20,212 nucleotides of DNA, taken from the NCBI GenBank assembly GCA_040384765.1, contig JAZKIQ010000006.1, positions 1-20,212 of the forward strand, written 5' to 3'. The notes under the pieces were generated by a model. That model saw only the letters and a program-made list of their open reading frames with translations, did not search any database and was not told where the DNA came from. The DNA comes from Patescibacteria group bacterium. Its GTDB lineage: Bacteria; Patescibacteriota; Minisyncoccia; Phycocordibacterales; JBBUBG01. The translations under genes were made by a program, and so were the position numbers. Position 1 is the first letter of the stretch, and every line of letters begins with the position of its first letter. Shown here in pieces: positions 14,740 through 20,212 of this stretch.

Positions 14740-15597
14740 ATGTCCAACAAATCCCCTATCCTCGGTGCCCACATGTCGGTCTCCAATGGCTTCGACGGAG
14801 CATTCAACCAAGCGATCTCGATTGGCGCCACTGCAATGCAGATCTTTGCCAAAAGCCCGATGCAGTCAAAGCTGCGCGCCGTAACAGCCGAAGATGCTCT
14901 TGCTGTAAAAAAGCTCGCCAATCGCTCGCAAATCAAATCGATGGTGATCCACGCTTCGTACCTCCTCAACTTTGCAAAACCGATGGAGGCCGACAGCTAC
15001 CAGATGAAATCGCTCATCGAGGATGTTGAGAATGCAGAGGCCCTCGAAGGCGACGGTGCGGTAGTGCACATGGGAAAGGCGCTGGCTCTTGATCCAACAG
15101 AAGCCGAGAAAAACTATATTCATAATATCGAGACCGTACTCGAAGCAACAAAAAAGCTCAAAGCAAAAGTGCTCCTCGAGAACACCGCCGGCCAGGGCTC
15201 CGAGATGGGGTACCGCCTCCCCGACTACGGCCGCATCTTGAAAGCGCTTCTTAAAAACTCGAAGCGCGTGGGTGCCTGCATCGATAGCGCGCACCTTTTT
15301 GGTGGAGGCTACGATCTCGCGCACCAAAGCGGTGTCGACGAAGCGATCAAGGAACTCCATATGCATGTAGGCCTCGAGAACATTAAATGTATCCACTTCA
15401 ACGACTCAAAGAAGCCGCTCGCCTCTCGTGTCGATCGCCACGAAGATATCGGCCGCGGCACGATCGGCGACACTGGCCTCAAACTGTTTGCTACCCAGCT
15501 CGTCAAAGAGCTTCCTGATCTTCCCCTCATCCTCGAAACCCCTGAAGGTTTTGATTCATATACCGACCAGATCAAGCATGTCCAAGCTTGGTTCTAA
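14740..15597 (+). CDS. nfo: Endonuclease IV (AP endonuclease family 2)
   Basis: GAHMS, QIF, HASYLLN, VVH, ENTAGQG, CIDSAH, HFNDS, DRH, LETP. Start at ATG 14740. Confidence 0.95.
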   Translation: MSNKSPILGAHMSVSNGFDGAFNQAISIGATAMQIFAKSPMQSKLRAVTAEDALAVKKLANRSQIKSMVIHASYLLNFAKPMEADSYQMKSLIEDVENAEALEGDGAVVHMGKALALDPTEAEKNYIHNIETVLEATKKLKAKVLLENTAGQGSEMGYRLPDYGRILKALLKNSKRVGACIDSAHLFGGGYDLAHQSGVDEAIKELHMHVGLENIKCIHFNDSKKPLASRVDRHEDIGRGTIGDTGLKLFATQLVKELPDLPLILETPEGFDSYTDQIKHVQAWF

Positions 15598-15602
15598 TCT
15601 CC

Positions 15603-16184
15603 ATGCTCGAAAACTTTAGAAAAAACGCTGGGAAAATAGCTAAGGCTGCAGCTTTTGCATCCGCCCTCTCTGGAGCTCATGAAGCTGGCGCGCAAATTGC
15701 CCCGCGAGAAAAGGAGTCTCCGAAAGCTGCGGCAGAAGCCGCAGCAAAAGAGCGGATAGCTCTTGAAAATGTTCCGGCCTTTCTTTCAGACACCGTAGAG
15801 CCGTTTATTGAAAGACTGCGTGCGGCTGAAGGAGTATACGACTACAAAGGGCTCTTCGACTCCGAGTACGCTCTTGGGCGCGAGCCAGTGCAGATTTTAC
15901 CAACTGAAAACCAAGAAGATTCCAACTACGGCGATGCTCGCTTCTGCAAACAGCAGATGGATACCGCCGAGCGTTTTGAGGCAGTACTCATCTATGCAGT
16001 GCATGGCAAAGAGAAAGAGCTTCCACCAGAAGTTTTCCGCAAGCTGAAACGAGACATGCGACTCCTTGGCAAAATATCAAAGTGGTTCGAAAACGAGTAT
16101 TTCCGTCTCATCGATGAAAAAGAAATTCTCGATCAGAAAAAGGCTACTGCGCTCCGAGAATCGATCCAAGGTACATCTGAGTAG
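15603..16184 (+). CDS. Hypothetical, possibly secreted, charged helical protein
   Basis: 193 aa from ATG 15603; basic then Ala-rich N-terminus ending AGA-Q, like a signal peptide. No family recognised. Confidence 0.7.
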   Translation: MLENFRKNAGKIAKAAAFASALSGAHEAGAQIAPREKESPKAAAEAAAKERIALENVPAFLSDTVEPFIERLRAAEGVYDYKGLFDSEYALGREPVQILPTENQEDSNYGDARFCKQQMDTAERFEAVLIYAVHGKEKELPPEVFRKLKRDMRLLGKISKWFENEYFRLIDEKEILDQKKATALRESIQGTSE

Positions 16185-16220
16185 CCACACTACACACTAT
16201 TTGAAACGCCGCGAGGACGC

Positions 16221-16817
16221 TTACTTCACAAAATCCGCGGCCTTATCCTTTTTGACGAGTTCGATGACCCGCTCGACAAGCCTCTTTGGGTCTCGGTCGA
16301 ATACGACTTTTGGGTTGTCTTGGGCTCGGTGAGACTCTTTCAAAATATCTTTAATCACTTCGTCGGTCTTCCATTCCCCCTCGAGAATACCAATCGGCTT
16401 GTTGTCTTCAAAAGCGATTGTGAACTCGTGGATCGTGCCAATGCGGCCGCAGCCTACAAATACGCCGTCCGAGCTCCGCGTCATAAGCATGTCACGCCCT
16501 GAGTAGCCCGCGCCGGTGTAGATAATAAGATCCATATACTCAAGCGGAAGCTTGTACTCATCGACATGCTCGCGCTCGGTGGCAGCTGGCGAGAGACCAA
16601 TAGACATGCCACCAGCCTTCTTTGCACCCTCAGCAACCCAGAGAGGAAAGCCCGTCGTAGCACCCGACACGAGCACGGCACCAGCTTTGGCGATCTCGGT
16701 TCCGAGCACAATAGCTGTATCAAATGCATCCACCCCACAATGACCCGTTTCGGCGGCACCCGTGATAGCGAGCTTTATCTGGCGATGAAGATGTTTTTCG
16801 GCAACTTTGGGATCCAT
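16221..16817 (-). CDS. LOG-family / SLOG Rossmann-fold nucleotide-binding protein (TIGR00725-like)
   Basis: LVSGATTG, AKKAGG..IGLSP, YTGAGYSGRD, GRIGTIHEF. Confidence 0.85.
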   Translation of the reverse strand: MDPKVAEKHLHRQIKLAITGAAETGHCGVDAFDTAIVLGTEIAKAGAVLVSGATTGFPLWVAEGAKKAGGMSIGLSPAATEREHVDEYKLPLEYMDLIIYTGAGYSGRDMLMTRSSDGVFVGCGRIGTIHEFTIAFEDNKPIGILEGEWKTDEVIKDILKESHRAQDNPKVVFDRDPKRLVERVIELVKKDKAADFVK

Positions 16818-16840
16818 TTTTTTAAGTTAGGAACTAGAAA

Positions 16841-18223
16841 TTAAAGTGGCAGCTCGACTGTTTCTCCAGCATGCGGCATCACGGCGTTGACCCCCAAATT
16901 GTCGCGTATTTTTTGCACAAGAAAAAGGGAGGATTTCGGCTCGCCTAGCACCACAAACACCTTCTTCAAGCTATCTGCGGATCGCTCCACAAACTCGAGA
17001 AGATGATCTGAGTCCTTATGCGCACTGTACCCGGTGATAGATACCACCCGGGCACGCACGGGCACCTCGTCGCCAAAAATCCGTACGTTCTTGATCCCCT
17101 CCTGAAGGAGCCGACCCATGGTGCCAGGCGCCTGGTAACCAAGCATCAAAAGCGTGTTGTTCGGATCAGGCAAGTATTTTTTTTCATGATGAAGAATGCG
17201 CCCGCCGTTCGACATGCCAGACCCAGCGATAACAATCTTGGGTCCCGCCTTTTCTGCAATAGATTTCGACTCTTCGGTGGAAAGCGTCGGATGAAGCTGA
17301 GGAAACCCAAACATAGTATCTCCCATCAAGTGTGACTGCTGAGATTTCTCTTTGTAGTACGAGAGATATTTGTTGTATACGTCGGTAACATGAATCGCGA
17401 GCGGCGAATCGAGGTACACAGGGATAAGCGGAATGCGCGACTGCTCGATCATGTTCTTCACCTCAAAAAGGAGCTCCTGGGTACGCTCAAAGGAGAAAGC
17501 TGGCACCACGAGCGTACCCTTCCTGTGTGCCGTCTCTTCGATGACATCTTCGAGCTTCGTGCGGCGGTCATCCCGATGCTCGTGATTGCGATCGCCATAT
17601 ACTGACTCAATAAAAAGATAGTCCGGACTAGAAAGATCTTCGGTATCTCGTAAAAAGGGTGCTGGGGAGTTGCCCAGGTCGCCGGTGAATACAAACTTCT
17701 TGCCACGGAAAGTCATCTCTATCATCGATGAGCCGAGCACATGCCCTGCATCGAGAAGCTCTACCGAAAGCTCGCCAAACTGAACCTTTTGATGATACTC
17801 AACAGTCTTCCATTGCGACATCGCAGGCTCAACATCCTTCTCTTCGTAGAGCGGCTGCTTGCCTTCGGCGCGCGCCTCCTTGGTGAGGATCCCCACACTA
17901 TCAAGCAAAAGATAGTGCGCAATATCTTTTGTGGGAGGAGTAGAGTAGATCGGGCCTCTATAGCCATCTTTTACAAGCTTTGGGATCCGACCAGTATGAT
18001 CGATATGAGCATGGCTGATAAAAAGAGCATCGATCGAGCCCATGTCGTACGCAAACGGCTCATGATTTTGCTTGTCGCCAATTTTGCTTCCCTGCACGAG
18101 ACCACAATCAAGAAGAATGCGCGGGCCTTTTGGGCCAGGGAACTGCACGAGAATATTCACTCCTGTTACAGACCCCGCACCGCCATGGAAAGTCACCTTT
18201 ACACTATTGTTCTCGTCGATCAT
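16841..18223 (-). CDS. MBL-fold beta-CASP ribonuclease
   Basis: GGAGSVTG, LLDCG, SHAHIDH (HxHxDH), AGHVLGS, FTGDLG, ESVYG, SGMSNGGRILHH, YSAHKD. Confidence 0.92.
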   Translation of the reverse strand: MIDENNSVKVTFHGGAGSVTGVNILVQFPGPKGPRILLDCGLVQGSKIGDKQNHEPFAYDMGSIDALFISHAHIDHTGRIPKLVKDGYRGPIYSTPPTKDIAHYLLLDSVGILTKEARAEGKQPLYEEKDVEPAMSQWKTVEYHQKVQFGELSVELLDAGHVLGSSMIEMTFRGKKFVFTGDLGNSPAPFLRDTEDLSSPDYLFIESVYGDRNHEHRDDRRTKLEDVIEETAHRKGTLVVPAFSFERTQELLFEVKNMIEQSRIPLIPVYLDSPLAIHVTDVYNKYLSYYKEKSQQSHLMGDTMFGFPQLHPTLSTEESKSIAEKAGPKIVIAGSGMSNGGRILHHEKKYLPDPNNTLLMLGYQAPGTMGRLLQEGIKNVRIFGDEVPVRARVVSITGYSAHKDSDHLLEFVERSADSLKKVFVVLGEPKSSLFLVQKIRDNLGVNAVMPHAGETVELPL

Positions 18224-18260
18224 GTGAACTAATTATATCATGCGAGGCAGCTCTGCCCGA

Positions 18261-18296
18261 AAACAAAAAATCCCCCACGTGAGTGGAGGTTTTTTT
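18261..18296. terminator. Terminator-like hairpin at the 3' side of the putative 6S-like RNA
   Basis: AAAAAATCCCCCAC-gtga-GTGGAGGTTTTTT, an imperfect stem with an A-tract and a T-tract. Confidence 0.6.
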
Positions 18297-18298
18297 GT

Positions 18299-18407
18299 AG
18301 ATGCTTGAGCGTTGACCCCTGGATGGAAAGTGGGCCTCTCAGTTCTACACAAAAGTGCAGAGCTATAGTGAGTCCCGTATGTACCGAGTGGTCGGCTCAA
18401 GCTATCT
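18299..18407 (-). ncRNA. Putative compact 6S-like RNA (boundaries uncertain)
   Basis: Rod structure closed by AGATAGCTTGAGC / GCTCAAGCATCT, with an internal bubble and apical hairpin. The minus-strand order CTTGAGCCGACCA...CGGGA...GGCCCAC...GGGGTCAA resembles conserved 6S core motifs as I recall them. Confidence 0.55.
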
Positions 18408-18492
18408 GGTTATGAAGACGCTCTAGTGCTCGTTCCTTACTGCACAAAAACCTTACACAACAAGCAAAAAAAGATGTCGAGGCTTCGCAAAA

Positions 18493-18580
18493 GTATCCCC
18501 ATACTATCCAGTAGTTTTCCCCTCCTTTTTCCCCAAGGTATCCACACGATATCCCCTACTTATCCCCACCCTTATCCACA
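18493..18580 (+). repeat. Tandem array of eight DnaA-box-like 9-mers at 11-12 bp period
   Basis: GTATCCCCA 18493, CTATCCAGT 18504, TTTTCCCCT 18515, TTTTCCCCA 18527, GTATCCACA 18538, ATATCCCCT 18549, TTATCCCCA 18560, TTATCCACA 18572 (perfect consensus). Confidence 0.75.
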
Positions 18581-18584
18581 CTTC

Positions 18585-18623
18585 TATACAAAAAACCGCC
18601 CAACGAGGACGGTTTCTTGTATA
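18585..18623 (-). terminator. Terminator of ndk
   Basis: Minus strand AAACCGTCC-tcgtt-GGGCGGTTTTTT; the G.U pair forms only on the minus strand. Confidence 0.7.
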
Positions 18624-18642
18624 TGACGCCGGCCTATCCAGC

Positions 18643-19119
18643 CTATCGCTCGTCTGTTGCTCCCAAAAACTCCTGTTCTACTTTTCTGTAGTCAAAAAGC
18701 TCATCTGCCTTAAAGAATCGCTTCACCTCGGCTTCACCATTCTCCACAGAGTCTGATGCATGCACGATGTTTGTTTGAGTAGAGAGCGAGAAGTCGCCGC
18801 GGATCGTGCCCGCTGCAGCCTCGTATGCTTTTGTAGGGCCCACCACGAGGCGCACTGCACTTACCGCCTTGTAGCCAGCGAGCACCATCGTCACTGCTGG
18901 CGCCGACTGCATAAATTTCTTGATACCTGCAAAGAAAGGCTTGTCCTTCAGGTGAGCATAGTGCTCTTCGAGAAGAAGATCGGAGAGATGTATCATTTTG
19001 AGGCCAATGATCCGAAGACCTTTGTGCTCAAAACGTTGGATGATCTCGCCCAGCAGATTCCGCTGTACGCAGTCCGGCTTCAATATAATCAACACCTTTT
19101 CTTCTTTTGGTCCGGTCAT
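18643..19119 (-). CDS. ndk: Nucleoside diphosphate kinase
   Basis: ILKPD.VQRNL.GEII.RFE, EHYAHL..KPFF, GTIRGDF, active site NIVHASDS. Confidence 0.97.
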   Translation of the reverse strand: MTGPKEEKVLIILKPDCVQRNLLGEIIQRFEHKGLRIIGLKMIHLSDLLLEEHYAHLKDKPFFAGIKKFMQSAPAVTMVLAGYKAVSAVRLVVGPTKAYEAAAGTIRGDFSLSTQTNIVHASDSVENGEAEVKRFFKADELFDYRKVEQEFLGATDER

Positions 19120-19137
19120 GTTTGTGATGTGAACACA

Positions 19138-19257
19138 GTACTCCTAAAATCTCGATCTGCTTTGTTGCCGGCTCCGCTACTCGGCGAGCAGTACCCCATG
19201 TACAGCTACGCCTCAATGCTCGCCAGCGCCTCGCATCTCAAAGATTTTAGTTCGTAC
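19138..19257. mobile_element. Degenerate palindromic element related to the one at 4924..5049, opposite orientation
   Basis: Inverted ends CTAAAATCT (19144-19152) / AGATTTTAG (19242-19250) flanked by GTAC; internal GTAC-N5-GTAC; motif order and spacing match the 4924 element. Confidence 0.65.
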
Positions 19258-19272
19258 GAGTTAGTTCAAGAT

Positions 19273-20037
19273 TTATTTTGTAATAACTTCAGGAGCACCC
19301 TCCGTGATAATGATCGTGTGCTCAAAGTGTGCGCTTCGGGAACCGTCGGTCGTAACAAAGGTGAACTTGTCGGGCGCGAGCCTCACTTCGTCCCCTCCCT
19401 CATTCACCATCGGCTCGATCGCAAGCACCATGCCTGGCACAAGCTTGGGGCCGGTGCCCGCCAACCCATAGTTGGGAACAAACGGCTCTTCGTGCACTTT
19501 ATACCCCACTCCATGACCAGCAAGTTCTCGTACAATACCATACCCGAACTGATTGATATATTGCTCGACAGCAGCGCCAATATCGCCCACCTTTCCGCCA
19601 CCACGCGCCGCCGCAATACCAAGCGCAAGCGCCTCACGAGTACGAGAAATAAGCTTTTCGGCCTTCTCGTCCACTTTCCCAATTGGCACTGTTACAGCAG
19701 CATCTACAAAAAGACCTTTGTGTATAAGGCCAAGATCGAGTCCCACAACATCTCCCTCAGCAAGAGGCACCTCGCCAGGGATACCGTGCACCACGGCATT
19801 GTTCACCGATACGCAGAGGGTCGACGGAAAGGCGATCTTTGCACCGTCTGGCTTATAGTTTTTGAATGCCGGCAGATCCCCGCCTTCGCGGATAAGACGC
19901 TCAGCGAGAGCGTCGAGCACCGAGGGGGTTACTCCCGGCTTTGCGGCAAATGCTACGGCACGTAAAACAGACCCGAGCCGTTTGCCAGCTTCGCGAAGCA
20001 CCTCAAGCTCTTCGGGCTTTTTTATCGTAATCGCCAT
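19273..20037 (-). CDS. map: Methionine aminopeptidase type I
   Basis: CVSVN..VVHGIP, DVVGLDLG, DAAVT, GHGVG..VHEEP, AIEPMVN, SAHFEHT. Confidence 0.97.
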   Translation of the reverse strand: MAITIKKPEELEVLREAGKRLGSVLRAVAFAAKPGVTPSVLDALAERLIREGGDLPAFKNYKPDGAKIAFPSTLCVSVNNAVVHGIPGEVPLAEGDVVGLDLGLIHKGLFVDAAVTVPIGKVDEKAEKLISRTREALALGIAAARGGGKVGDIGAAVEQYINQFGYGIVRELAGHGVGYKVHEEPFVPNYGLAGTGPKLVPGMVLAIEPMVNEGGDEVRLAPDKFTFVTTDGSRSAHFEHTIIITEGAPEVITK

Positions 20038-20046
20038 CTGTAGAAA

Positions 20047-20212
20047 CTATCCGAGTGCTTCAACTTTTGCAACCAACTCCTCATGCACTGCCTCAATCGC
20101 CTGTTCACCTTTGATGTCGAGAAAATGATACCCGGCATTGATCTTGTACCAGTCGAGCGCAGGCGTCACATCACGTTCGTACCAATCGAGACGCCTCTTT
20201 ATATCCTCTTCG
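20047..20212 (-). CDS. adk: Adenylate kinase, C-terminal part (starts beyond the window)
   Basis: Read manually: EEDIKRRLDWYERDVTPALDWYKINAGYHFLDIKGEQAIEAVHEELVAKVEALG-stop. Matches the ADK C-terminal pattern and the conserved adk-map gene order. Confidence 0.85.
   Translation of the reverse strand, partial: EEDIKRRLDWYERDVTPALDWYKINAGYHFLDIKGEQAIEAVHEELVAKVEALG

Noticed and set aside
16221-18223. MBL nuclease plus SLOG protein as an anti-phage system
   Set aside because: Both look like ordinary stand-alone housekeeping family members (beta-CASP RNase, TIGR00725-like LOG), with no TIR, SIR2 or other effector or sensor domains.
18493-18580. CRISPR array or coding repeat (ORF 18426..18626)
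   Set aside because: The units are 9-mers with 2-3 nt gaps, far too short for CRISPR; no cas genes; the ORF is low complexity.
18760-19965. 401-aa plus-strand ORF
   Set aside because: Antisense shadow of ndk and map with no recognisable motifs.

Overview
Chromosomal window from a bacterium whose gene content and style resemble Patescibacteria/CPR (Parcubacteria-like; inferred, not tested). Housekeeping genes: ftsH, a cold-shock protein, tmRNA (ssrA), smpB, infC-rpmI-rplT, nfo, a LOG-family protein, a beta-CASP MBL ribonuclease, ndk, map and the 3' end of adk. Three cell-wall enzymes: an amidase, a class A beta-lactamase-like serine hydrolase and a VanY-like carboxypeptidase. Accessory genes are interspersed: membrane proteins, an orphan receiver-domain protein, a beta-carbonic-anhydrase-like protein, and a ParB-like gene transcribed divergently from an alternative sigma factor. 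Most notable observations: (1) the parA-less ParB/sigma divergent pair, with an altered CTPase motif and a parS-like palindrome; (2) a tRNA with the bacterially rare Ile UAU anticodon and an atypical T-loop; (3) two diverged copies of a ~120-bp palindromic MITE-like element with conserved internal spacing; (4) eight DnaA-box-like motifs in tandem at 11-12 bp spacing next to a compact 6S-like RNA; (5) a long tmRNA tag ending in LAFA; (6) near-leaderless promoter architecture on core genes versus Shine-Dalgarno motifs on accessory genes. No CRISPR array, integrase or transposase is visible.
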